Shown here: positions 1 to 12,957 of the stretch, one piece after another
Layout of the letters: every line of letters starts with the position of its first letter
Position numbering within the stretch: the first letter of the stretch is position 1
Source of the DNA: Rhynchopus sp. YZ270_cl-10
Lineage: Eukaryota
DNA: 64,000 bases
Direction: 5' to 3'
Assembly: GCA_964035575.1 (NCBI GenBank)
Contig: OZ037845.1
Span: 1,674,001 to 1,738,000, forward strand
Notes under the pieces: generated by a model
Databases searched by the model: none
The model's input: the letters and a program-made list of their open reading frames with translations, nothing else
Told to the model about the DNA's origin: nothing
Position numbers and translations under genes: made by a program

Positions 1-1
1 A

Positions 2-1423
2 CACCTCCTCTCCACAACACCCCTCCACACACACAACATCCCCCTCGCCATTGAAGTCGTCTCCAAACTAACCCGTCTCCGCCAGCCCATACCACCGCAG
101 CTCTGGCCGCCTCTGTGCGCATTCCTCTCTGCCAACGGGCACGGCCCTATCACAGTGAAAGCACTTCGCGCAGCGTATGAGGCCAACTCCGATGCAGTCG
201 TGCCTCTCATCTCCTTATGTGGGCACCGTGATCTGAGTGACGTTGTGACCGGGTCGTTGGTTTGGCTGCTGGGTGCCTTATGCAAGATGGTGCACCCTAC
301 AGCGGCCGTGCTGCGACAGCGTGTCTCGGAAGTGTTGCTGCAGAGGGTTGCGAATGTGGGAAGAGAGGTGCCTGCGCACAAGGCCATGTCGTGGGAGCAG
401 CTGCTTGGGGTGATGGGCATACGGCATGCAGGTGAGGGGTCGCTGCATCGTGCGGCTGAGCCGGTGTGTCTGCGGCTTATAAAGGCTGCGGAAGTGGGCG
501 AGGCTGTGCGGTGTTTGTACACACTCTCGCGGTCGAGGTTGGGGGAGAGACTGGCCGTTGCGGTGCAGAGGAAAGTGTTCGCCACTGCAGGGACGCTGCC
601 CGCACAGCAGACGTACGAACTGCTGCGTGGGCTGCGTCTTGCGCATGTTGTGCACGCAGATAACGTACGTCTCTTCGCACGGCTTCACCGCAGCTGCTGT
701 ACTGCTCTCAGTTCGCCCGTCACCACGCCCACCCTTATCGTAGGCATCGCAGACGAAGCGAGTCTGCTCCCGGACAGTGCAGCTGCACTCCGCCACATCG
801 CAACCGCCGCTGTTGCACGGATGGACCTCTCACAGCTCTACACCCTCATGCGGTGCTATGTCAGGGCGCAGATGCGCAGCCCGCAGGACTCAGTCGCATG
901 CCTCGAAGCCATCAAACTGCAAAAGACCGCTCCCAGCAGTGTCGCAGACCTGAGCGGCATTGTGATGTGCATGCGGCAGCTCAACATCGTTGAGGAGGGG
1001 CGGTGTGGGAAGGCAGGCACGGCAGTGGTCAACAGACTTGCTTTGGAGGCGCGTTTGGCAGACAAGATGGACCCCCAGGTGTACGTCCGAATGTTGAAGC
1101 TGGCGGTCTTTGTGCGCAGAAGCTGTAATTTGAAGGGACTGCTGAGGTCCCTACCGGAGCACGCGAAGATGATGGGGCCACAGCAGATCTGCTCCTGTGT
1201 TGACACCCTTGCTAACGACCCTCTGGGTGGGCTTGCTGAGGGGCAGCTGGACCACCGCTGCCATGTGGAGCAGCTCATGGACACACTCGTCACGCAGCTT
1301 GAGACGCCTCTGCCTGCAGAGGTGCACAGCAGACTCCTGCAGAACCTGGCCCGTCCAAGCCTTGCAGGCGTCGCGTACGATGCCTACAGTGGTTATGTGG
1401 CTGCTACTGCGAGGGCAGCGTAG
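2..1423 (+). CDS. Hypothetical alpha-helical repeat protein, 5' end outside the window (possibly an organellar RNA-binding helical-repeat protein)
   Basis: Frame is open from base 2 to TAG at 1421-1423. Leu/Ala-rich amphipathic helical pattern and host-like codon usage. No recognisable catalytic motif. Confidence 0.7.
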   Translation, partial: HLLSTTPLHTHNIPLAIEVVSKLTRLRQPIPPQLWPPLCAFLSANGHGPITVKALRAAYEANSDAVVPLISLCGHRDLSDVVTGSLVWLLGALCKMVHPTAAVLRQRVSEVLLQRVANVGREVPAHKAMSWEQLLGVMGIRHAGEGSLHRAAEPVCLRLIKAAEVGEAVRCLYTLSRSRLGERLAVAVQRKVFATAGTLPAQQTYELLRGLRLAHVVHADNVRLFARLHRSCCTALSSPVTTPTLIVGIADEASLLPDSAAALRHIATAAVARMDLSQLYTLMRCYVRAQMRSPQDSVACLEAIKLQKTAPSSVADLSGIVMCMRQLNIVEEGRCGKAGTAVVNRLALEARLADKMDPQVYVRMLKLAVFVRRSCNLKGLLRSLPEHAKMMGPQQICSCVDTLANDPLGGLAEGQLDHRCHVEQLMDTLVTQLETPLPAEVHSRLLQNLARPSLAGVAYDAYSGYVAATARAA

Positions 1424-1523
1424 GATGGTGGTGCTGGTAGTTCATTTTTGCCCCTCCCCCATCCCACAAATGACCTACATGTTCCCAACAGGAGTGCCGT
1501 ACACAAATAATGCACTCATAACC

Positions 1524-4500
1524 ATGAGCAAGGCTAAGATACAGGCCGTGGCAAGCATCGCCTTGTCGAAGAGGGGCTCCAACGTGAACGATGCCCCAGA
1601 GCTGTCAGGGGAGGGGCGCTACCATGAGCTTACGCGGCAGCTGCAGAACCTTGTGATAGACAAGGCCGCGAAGAAGTCGCTGCCGCTGCTGGAGGAGCTG
1701 GTGGTGCTGGACAAGCATGCAAGCCCGCAGCTGATGCCGGTGCTGAAGGACATCATGCGGTGTGAGAAGGCGGGCGTGCATGAGTTCCTTCCTGTCCTGA
1801 TGTGGCGAGCGTTTTCCACACAGCGCGACGCCTTTGTGGAGGGGCGCTCCTTCGAGGCTGCGGTCAAGGCGGCAACGGAGTTTTGCTGCGACGTCGACAC
1901 GCCCGACGCACGCCGTACAGGGTTCCTCTGCGTGCTCATGCACTGCATCATGCAGCAGACATCGGAGCTGCCACTCCTCCTTGACATCCCCAACGCCTTC
2001 GTCGGTGTCCTTATGTCCTCCCTGCGCACCTTCGTTGACCACAAGATGAACGAAAAGCGCGGCTTCGCCACAAAAACCTCGTGGCACGAAGACAAAAAGT
2101 CGCGTCTCATGGCACACCTCTCTGCACTCTCGCTCTGCGCAAAGCTCTTCATGACGCACGTCTTCCCCTTCGCAAGCATGCAGACGAAGCCGCAGCACAG
2201 CGTCTCCAGTCTAGTCGATACACTCACCCTGACTGCCACGGAGTACAGCTACAAGGCAAAGGACATCCCTGCCGTGCGGCAGAGCTTGACGTGTCTCACG
2301 CAGATCGCCGAAGTTGCACCGGAGGCAGTTGTGAACTGCGTTGGCGTGCATCTGCCCTCTGACATGTCGCACGTCCTCGCGCAGGTGCCCTTTCCGAAGA
2401 AAGACTCCAAGGCAAAAGACAAGAAGGCGACCCTCCCATGCTGGGACCCGCTAGCGGCAAGCGGCATTGCGAAGCTGTGCCTTGCAGTGCTGCACAAGCA
2501 AGGGGAGGCGAGTGCCAGTAGGAGTCCGTTCATGCGGTGTCTGAACCTGCTCTGCCACCACTCGCACCACCTTGTGTTTTCGGACATTGTGATGGGGATT
2601 GTGAAGCGCAATGGGATGTACTACATCCTGCAGAGGGAGGACGCCGTGTATGGCTCCAAGGACCGTCTCGTGGACTACACTGTGGACCGTGTGCAGAGCA
2701 TGCTTAAGTCCGACCACGTGACGTGCAGCACGGGGCTCAGGCTTGCGTCTGCACTGTCGGAGCAACACCTGCGCAACGCCGCCACATCGACGTCCACAGT
2801 GCTGAGCCTGCGTCCCTCTGTGAAGGCACTCCTAGAGCGCTTCCACCACGACCCCTTCATCGTGCAGCTTGGCCTCAAGGCGCTCATCTGGCTCACCGCC
2901 GTGCAGCTGGCAAGCACCACCGACGCAGGCACAGAGAGCAAGCCTGCGGTAGTGCGCGACCTGCTGCGGGTCTTGATAGAGCTTACCGCGAATGTGCCCA
3001 TCAACTCTGAGCAGACGCTTGACTTTCTGAAGTATGTCTATTTTTGTTGTACTGTGTGTACTCTGCGTTTATGTCTGCACTATTTGTGCGTTCGCCTTTA
3101 CTCCTAACACAACCCCTGCAGATGTCTCGTACGCGCCATGAAGCTCCTCCCTGCCCATGGCGAACGTGCCCTCCTCATCCCTGCCTTCACCGGTGCAGTG
3201 GGCTACCTCACACAGCGCTGCACGCGCAAGATGAGTGTCTCCGGTCTGTACGGCCTGCTGCAGGAGTTCCTCCTGCAGGTCGACATCGTGAAGGCGCTGG
3301 AGAAGGAGGAGCGGGGTGTGCCTGTGCACGCGGCACTGGACATCGATGCTGTGCCGCATCAGCGCTCCAATGGGGGGACACATACACTGGGGTTTATGCT
3401 GGATATGCTGGACGGGTCGGTTTCGCATGAAGTGGCGGCGGCAGAACAGGTACGACACTACACTACACTACATGACTTACCCATCTCCAACACCACATAC
3501 ACACACAGGCAATGTGCCTCCAAGAAAGCGACGTCTCTGCCGACACACGTGTGAAGTACAGCAAGCTCCTCATCGAAGCCCTCCGCTTTGTAGGTGACTT
3601 CGGAAACGTCATCGTGAATGGCAAAGACAGCGACGTGCACAGCAGCATGATGCTGCTGCTGGTGCGTCTGCAGGCGTTGATGTGCAGCCAGCCGCACCAC
3701 GTTGTGTGGGAAGCTGCCCTTGCGACACTGAAGCTGTGCGGACGTTCGCACGCGGCAGTGCGGGTGAAGGTGTACGCCATCCTGTCTGGCACAATCCGCT
3801 TGCGTGAGGAGATGCACAGCATGCTGCAGCCACTGCTGTCGGTGGCAGACATGACCATGCAGCTGCACGAGGCTTTCGAGGCAGCACAGGTCAACATGGC
3901 AGAGGACAGTGCACTGAGTATGGCTCTTTTACCCCATCAGAAGAAGAAAAAATCCTTCCAAACTGCATTGCCTTGGTTCCTTGGCTGGACTACTTCGGTG
4001 TTCTTCTGAGGCTATCCTCTTTGCTAGAAATGTTTCAGTATTACAACCAAAGCTCCTGTCGTGGGTGAGCCACAGGGTTGCAGCTCCGACCTGCCTCGAT
4101 GCCCCTGGAAGGCTCAATCGCGGGTGCAAGATTTGTCACGAGCAACTTCACTGTTAAGAGTTGCCCAGCTTCGTTGCTCAAGTTCTTTCTTCCTACACAC
4201 CCCACCTTCAACCCTCGACCCTTTAACCTGTACAGTCAACGCTGACGCAGTCGCAGAGGCGTTCTACCTGCAGCACGAAGCCCTCAAGCAGCACCTCGCT
4301 GTCTACGTCAAGTTTGCTGAGTTTCGCAACATCCGTCTGCTTGGGAGTGTTGCAGAGGTATGCTAGCGTGGCCTAGAGAAGGGGGCCTTAGCAAAGAGCA
4401 CATTATTCAGACCCAATTTTATTTTTTCTTCAAAACTTCACACACAACGCTTTTGGTTTTTGGGAGACACAAGGTGCGGGGTTCTATGATGTGCACGGAA

Positions 4501-5349
4501 CCACCCTTGGAAAGACGAGCCCATCCGGTGCTCAGTCTCTTTATCACCCGATCAGCAAGAATTCTGCTCAAGCAGGATTACCCAGTATAGCTCATCCGTA
4601 TTCGTGGAACAGGAAGAAACAAAACAGCCAGCTTCGTCGGGACATCAGGCGTCCCGCCCTACACGGGGAGCTGCGGGAGAAGTCGCGCGAGCACGTCAGC
4701 CGTCACGGCTTCCACAACCCCCGCCGTCATCGCAGAACGGGTCCCACCATTCACGGCCCTCGTCCTGCAGGTCTCGGCAGTACTGCACGTAGTCAGCCTG
4801 CGGGTCCTGTGCAGGCTTCACCGAAGATCCCCGCGACCCCGCGTTCACGGCCAAGGACGCCATCGCCAGATCCAACTTCTCCCTCATCCTCGCTTCGCGC
4901 TCCTCCATCTTCGCCTCCTGCTCCGCCTACGTTCCATGGCACGCAGAGCCTGTTGGAGCTGCGCTCTAGTGCGCTTTTCCTGGCTTGGTTAGACCACCAG
5001 GCCTGGTTAGAAAAGAAGGAAAGAGGGAAAGTTTTTTGTTAAAAAATTTGCGCTACAAAAAACCAGCGCGTGTGGAAGAAAAACGGAGAGGAAAATATTT
5101 TTTTCCGATTGAAAGTGGTATTTTCGTTTTGGGTACGGGGCGGAGAATAAAATCTGTTCGAAACGCGAGCTTATTGTTTTATCTTGTTCAAAAAAAATTT
5201 TTTTTTCAAAACAGGAAATCCTGGCGAAGGGCGCAGAGGTCAACAAAAGCAAAGCAGGTACAGAGAAGAAGGCGTTGCCGCCACACCCAAGCTCGCCCGA
5301 CCACTTGCAGGCCAACTCCCCAGATGGAATAGACCTTTTGTTTGCATAA
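1524..5349 (+). CDS. Large alpha-solenoid (HEAT/adaptin-like) protein, possibly a TSET/TPLATE-complex subunit
   Basis: Inferred exons 1524-3031, 3122-3449, 3509-3917, 4236-4357, 5215-5349, joined in frame by GT-AG introns. Ends ...DGIDLLFA*. The family assignment is a weak by-eye similarity only. Confidence 0.7.
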
Positions 5350-5608
5350 ACAACTCTTAACAATTAAGCAAAATACTCTGTTTTTTGGGGTGAAAAAATA
5401 GTGGGCATGAACGAACAAACGATACCCCTTTGACAGTTCTGTTCCCAGTCATCTCATCTCCTCGTCTCTCACCCATCTCCATTGTCAGGTGTTCATACAC
5501 ACGCACTTTACACGAACCAACTCGTTCACCCTTCCCCCCCTTTTTTACCCACACAAAACACCACAAAACCCGGTTTTCAACCGTGTTGTATTTTTTTTTC
5601 TGAGTTAA

Positions 5609-7395
<1,787 letters not shown>

Positions 7396-8215
7396 GTACC
7401 GCACACCCCACACACGAGGGGTCCTGGGGGGCTTGCGGGTTGTCGTTACTTCCTCCCGAGAGAGCTTTTGTGAGTTTCGTGCTCTCAGCAACAGTAACTG
7501 ATCCTCCCCCGTGGAGGGTGTAATATTTGTACGTACTTAGGTTGCTCAGATTCCGTTCAGTCTTTTGTTTGCCTTCAGTTTTGCCGACTACCTTATGGAT
7601 TAAGTTGTAACCCTTCGAGACCAACGAAAATTGATGTTCTCACATCAGAAAAAAAAACTAAAAAAAACTAAAAAAAAGTTTACAAAAAAATGTACTGGTG
7701 TCAGAAAAAGGGACTCTCCCCTCCCCCACAGAAGATTTGCGTGTTTTTTTTGCTTTTTTGCTTAATAATATGCTAGCTTGGTAAGCAGCATTCCGTTGTC
7801 ATATCCCGACATCTTTTGGGAACCGATTTTTTTTATTTTTGGGTTCTTTTTTCCAGAGTTGGATGTATGGGCCCGCGAGTGCCCATTTTACCTTTGCAAG
7901 TAACCTCTCCGACCACTCCGAGGTACTCAGCACGAAAGACTTACGATCTGACTCAAAACTGTCTTTTCCCCTTCTTGCATCTATCTCTCTAGCATTTGCC
8001 AAGCCACCGTGAAAGACTAAAGGGGATGGAGAGGTGTGGTGGTGTTTGGCTAAAAATAACTCCCTACTCTTAACCTCCTGTGGGGGGGAGTAAGGGACTA
8101 TAATTCCATTTTCCTTTTTTTTCATATTTTTTGTTTGTGGTGAACGAAGTGGAAGTCGAGAGACATGCCATCTTCCTACCTTCCCTATGCTGGCACGGTG
8201 TCAGGGGAGGGGGTC

Positions 8216-8343
8216 CACTAATGGTGGCAGTATTGCGATGGGTGCTCATTGGAATACATCAAAATACATCAAAATACACGTGTATTTTGATGTATTTTGC
8301 GTATTCCAATGGGCTCCCATCACAATACTGTCCACCATTAGTG
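8216..8343. mobile_element. CACTA-ended fold-back MITE (128-bp near-perfect palindrome), 2-bp TSD TC
   Basis: Starts CACTAATGGTGG and ends CCACCATTAGTG. The whole element is an inverted repeat centred on ...AATACA-CG-TGTATT.... TC lies on both flanks (8214-8215 and 8344-8345). Confidence 0.8.
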
Positions 8344-8962
8344 TCTACCTTCCGTATTCGTTAAAACCCTTTTTTTTTAAATAGTGAAAGACTCTCTGAA
8401 TGGAGTCTACACTAAACAGATGATCAAATAAAAATTTAAAAAACATTCGCTTTTTAACAAATAAATAACTCAGCCCTTCAAATTGTCAAAGTACCCCGTT
8501 CCCCCCCCATCGTAGGTTCTCTGCCGTTATTCCCTTTTCAAAACAAAAAGTGGGAAACTGTCGCGACATTTTCTAATCTAAATAAAAATACAGTCAAAAA
8601 GGAAAAAAAAAACAAACATAAGTCTTTGCTACTAAGGACAATAAAACATTTTTTAACGGGCGGGGGAGGGGGGAAGGGTGGATGGGGGGGTGGGCGAAAA
8701 AAAGGCAAAATGTGGGCGCACGCTAATACAAAGGGTGGGAACGTGCCACACAGTTTAACCAAGAAAGAAAAACCCGTTTAAAAGAAAGAAGCAAATAAAA
8801 GCTCACTATTTTCTCTTATCTCCGCCAGACGCACCTTTTTCCACCAAAAAAACACCCCACCCTACAGGGAACCCAACCACTACCGTTTCCCATTTTTTAT
8901 CATACACAAATCATTTATCAAAACTCTGCTCTGATTTGTTCATTTTTGGTTATCTCTTTTCA

Positions 8963-9538
8963 ATGATACGACGAACGTGCGCACGCCTGACCCAGCAGCC
9001 GTCCCGACGCTATCAACGGCCACAGTGGGTGCAGCCTGCCAATGTCCCGGTGATCAACCATATCAGCATGACGGTTATCACACCGAATGAGCTGGAGAAG
9101 GCTGGGGTGCGTGCTGTGCCTGAGGGGTGGCTGGTGAGTGCGCAGAGGGGTGATGTGCGTGCAGTGGCAGAGGCGGTAAGGGCGAATTGGGGGAAGTGGC
9201 TTGCAGCGTGCGGTGTGGTTGGGTTGGCGTGGGTATGGCAGTCGGCTGCGCTTGCACGGTGTGAGGCATTGGTGGAGGGGCATGTGTCCAGCGCGACGTC
9301 TCTCATGATCGACACAGAAAAGTGCGTCCACTGCGCAGCCCGCAACTGGACCACACGTACCGCCCCTATTGACAGTAGAATTGCTAGCATCGAAGCAGAG
9401 AGGGGACAACAGGCCATCAAGCTTTCAATGCTCACAGCGGCACTCAGAGACTCCCTCATCGCAACGCAGCAGTGGCAGCTCAGACAAAAGCAAAATGAGG
9501 CGAGGCTGGCCCTCCAAGCTGAAGAGAAGCGCGTCTGA
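8963..9538 (+). CDS. Small hypothetical protein, probable mitochondrial presequence, one hydrophobic segment and a C-terminal coiled coil
   Basis: Intronless ORF starting MIRRTCARLT (euglenozoan-type presequence). Hydrophobic WLAACGVVGLAWVW. GC-rich island within AT-rich flanks. Confidence 0.7.
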   Translation: MIRRTCARLTQQPSRRYQRPQWVQPANVPVINHISMTVITPNELEKAGVRAVPEGWLVSAQRGDVRAVAEAVRANWGKWLAACGVVGLAWVWQSAALARCEALVEGHVSSATSLMIDTEKCVHCAARNWTTRTAPIDSRIASIEAERGQQAIKLSMLTAALRDSLIATQQWQLRQKQNEARLALQAEEKRV

Positions 9539-10513
9539 ATTATTTTTACTTCAATCATTAGACGACTCTGTACAAGAACATCAGATTTGTCGATACCAAA
9601 AAAAACCCCGTTGAGGGAGGAAAAAACTCACAAAAAATAGTGCTGTTTTTTGCGATAAAAACCAAGCATTTTTCAGGGCACATCAGGAGAGAGAGAGAGG
9701 TGGCAGATCCAGATTTTTTTTTTGATGCATGCTTTGGCATGCGTTTGAGTTTTCAACCTTCTATTTAAAGATGTGTGGGCACATAAGGTACGCACATCTT
9801 ACAAGTTTTCCTTTTATTTTTGTCATTATCAGATCCCTCTTTAGTCATAAGAGGAGGATTCCCTGGGAGGGAGGGAGGGAGGGGAGGGAAGAACAACACA
9901 GAGAGGCGCGTGACTTTCCTTAGAGTCGTATTTGTCTCTGTTGTGCAAGGTGTGTTGAAAAGAAAGATTCTTTTGCAGGGAAGAATGGTGATACTATCTG
10001 GTATCACTACAAATTATCAAAAAAAAGGGGGTGAAATATAGTGTAAGACTGTCCAAATGACAGCTAAAAAACACTAAACAGAATATCAAAAAAACTTCCC
10101 TCTTTGGTGTACTGACACCACACTAAATCAATCATATGTGCTGTTTTGTTTAATTTACTTCAACGTCGTGCACCAGTGGGTAGGGGGAGGGGCCCGGGGA
10201 GGGGGGGACAGGATTATCCCACAACTTTATATTAAAAGGTGTCGCGGATGTGTGGGGATGTGATGAGGGTGGTGATGTGTTTGTTTAAAGATGTATCGTT
10301 TTTGAACGTCCTTTGTGTGGTTTCTCTTTGAATGTAACGTAGATGAAAATGATAAGGTGACTAAGCACAAGAGGTGAGCTACGATCATCCGAAAATATAA
10401 AACAAGTTTTTTTTGAACATGATCCACTTTTATTTTTGCAATTTTGATTTTTTCATTCTTTTACAATGTAGGTTTCGAAAACTGTCTGGGCCTTGAGCGA
10501 CAGCGGAACACTA

Positions 10514-10604
10514 ACTACAAGTCCACAGAGGGTCATGCACTGATGAAGTCCACCTCTGTTTACAACTAATGTATGCGTTTAGGACTGAAACATGGACTTG
10601 TGGT
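10514..10604 (+). ncRNA. Candidate hammerhead ribozyme with non-circularly permuted (pseudoknotted) topology
   Basis: CTGATGA 10540-10546; stem II AGTCC 10547-10551/GGACT 10582-10586; GAAA 10587-10590; stem III ATGT 10569-10572/ACAT 10590-10593; GUA cleavage triplet 10571-10573; stem I ATGCA 10535-10539/TGCGT 10574-10578. Extra helices 10525-10531/10553-10559 and 10514-10524/10594-10604. Confidence 0.7.
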
Positions 10605-11254
10605 ACAGATGTACCACCCTACAAAAACTTTTGAATATGCATATTTACAAAAAAACAAAAACAAAACAAAAAGGATCCAAAAATACAACAAAAAAGATTG
10701 ATGAATAACCAATGTTCAAAACATTAAGTAATCTAATCAGACTAAGCACAAGAGGCTTAGGTTCATCTCATAAACCATTTTTTTATTTTTTTTTTTGATT
10801 TGACTGAAACAGCGTTCCACAAGGTTCCTGTGTGACGTTGTGTATTGTTATTTTTTTTTTTGTTGATTTTTTTTTTTTTTTGTATAATCTCAACCATTTC
10901 CCCTCTGCAATTCAGAGGGTGAGTTAAGTGTACCGAATATCGAACACATCAATATGGTGGGTTGCTGTCGACTACGGGAAGTTTTTCTTTTTTTTCTTTT
11001 CTTTCGAATAATTCGTGTGGTGGCAACGGTGCCGTGTTGTATCAGCACTGCACTGTTCCTTTTTGGGTTTGAACCCAATACCAATACCGGGATGTAGGAC
11101 TGCATGGTTGGGTATCCACCCCCCCGGTATAGCCGGTCATACCAAGGTACACTGTTCACGAGAGGGCTTTGTATTGCAGGTCAACTTCTTTTCCCTTTTC
11201 CCCTTCCCCCCATTGTATAAACAGGCGTCTTTTGTGTGCACGACAGTTTTTTTT

Positions 11255-11288
11255 AGGTGACTAAGTACGTGAGGCTTAGGTTCATCTT
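11255..11288 (+). repeat. Dispersed GNRA hairpin, family A (AGGTGA-CTAAG(C/T)-A-C[GNRA]G-GCTTAG-GT-TCATCTT)
   Basis: Representative copy with GTGA loop. Related copies near 10354, 10740, 11859, 21046, 21674, 21981, 22247, 25746, 25851, 25910, 27308, 27596, 35549. Confidence 0.85.
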
Positions 11289-12957
11289 ACGTTTTCATTG
11301 TGGAGAGTCATAATTGAGCTTGAGGACCGCCGGCATCTTTCAGACCACAACCCCGCATGTTGTTCATGTGTAAGCTATTTGACATTGCAGTCAGGCCTTT
11401 TGGCAAGTCTGAGACAGTCTCGCTTCACCAAAGGGATGTGTTCTGTGCAAAGAAAACAAGGCGATATTCTCCTTCAAAAGCGTTTTTCAGCACTTTCAAG
11501 CTTGTACTCTCTCAACAGGCGCCACATGTTTTCTTTCCCCTTTTTTTTCGTTTTGGTATTCCGTTTTTTCCGTTTTGTTGGGTCATATTCATAGGGGATA
11601 TGGAGGTGTTTTTTTTGTAACTCAGGCAGCATTCGCTCGTTACCTACCTGTCCAAGATGGGAACTGCTGCCAGGTGTTTTATCACATTCGAACGTTTATT
11701 TTTTTTTTTTTTTGAAGGTGTTATGCGAAACCCTTGCGAAATTCATTCGACACTTAACGTTTTCATTTTTTTCAACTGAAATGCGTTTTAGCACGTTTCA
11801 ATTGTCTAACTTCACTTATTTTGGTGCATTTTTTTAGGGAACACTTCAGAACCCCTTCAAGGTGACTAAGCACACGAGGCTGAGGCTCATCTTACAAACT
11901 ATTCTCTTCATCAAAGGGAACTCTGAAGAAATGAATAAACACATGTGGATGTGTGGGGAACGTTCGTCTTCGCAGTCCAGCCATACCGTCAGGCTATTAC
12001 GCCTGGGCTTGGAAAGGACACAATGGGCACTTTGAACCAGAAAACCGATTTTTTTTTTTTTTCAGAAAGTGGCTGAGCACAGGATGCTTAGACAACTTTC
12101 CTTTGTTTCCTTTTAAACGTCATAAAGGTGCCCTTTATGTGGAGAGATCATCTAGCCAGGGTGCACCGGTTTTATTCCTATTGAGAGAGAAAACCTTTTT
12201 TAGATGTGCACACGAGAGGCACACTTCATCATTCCAAGTTTCCTTTTGTGCGCAATCATCCCTTTTAGATGGGACACCCTTTTCCACCAGTGTCCAAGCA
12301 TGAGGCTGGTTCATCTTATCAACCCCTTTCGGCACAAAAAATGATGTGTTTCCCCTGTACAATTCCTCATTTTCACTTAGCCATCTGTCTTCCCACCATC
12401 CCTACCCACCCCACCCTCCTCGCCTTCCCAGCAAAACAGTGCGGGGGGGTTGATTACGTCGTGTTTGGGAGAGAGATTGTACCTTATTAGGGCATTTTGC
12501 TGTAACACCTATGTTTTCATTGTATTCATAGCTACCAAAAAAAAAGGAAAAAATGTGCACCTGAATGCATAAACAAATAAAAGCTACTTTCCAGAGTTTG
12601 AGGACGCATATCTGTTAAGTGCAATAGCCTTCGGGCGATATTGAGTACAGATCCTGTTATTAGCAGCTGATTGTCGACACAACAACAAATGGGGACCAAA
12701 CAGTCGGTGCTCGGAGTGTCAGTGCCCTGCGTCCCAGAGGCGTTTTGCACTGACTCAACTTCACCTTTTTTTTCATTGGTCTGATTGTGTGCTCACCATC
12801 TAAACGTCAATGAAGTGATTTTGTTTTTGGGATTACTTTTTTTGGGTGTATTTTTACAGTCCTTTCAAACTGATATCATTTTTGTTGGGACTACATTTTT
12901 TTTTTTTTTTGCCAAATCTGTTGATTTAGCGAGTCTTCTTTCGCTTTTTTCCCCCCA

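Noticed and set aside
4491..5042. 183-aa plus-strand ORF as the last exon of the solenoid gene
   Set aside because: Low-complexity translation. Splicing 4357 to 5215 gives a cleaner in-frame C-terminus.
10525..10597. Folding the hammerhead as a conventional type III (GUC at 10532-10534) or type I (AUA at 10635-10637)
   Set aside because: Type III leaves only ATGCA for stem I, which cannot close. Type I gives an A-C mismatch at the base of stem III. Only the permuted fold satisfies all three stems.
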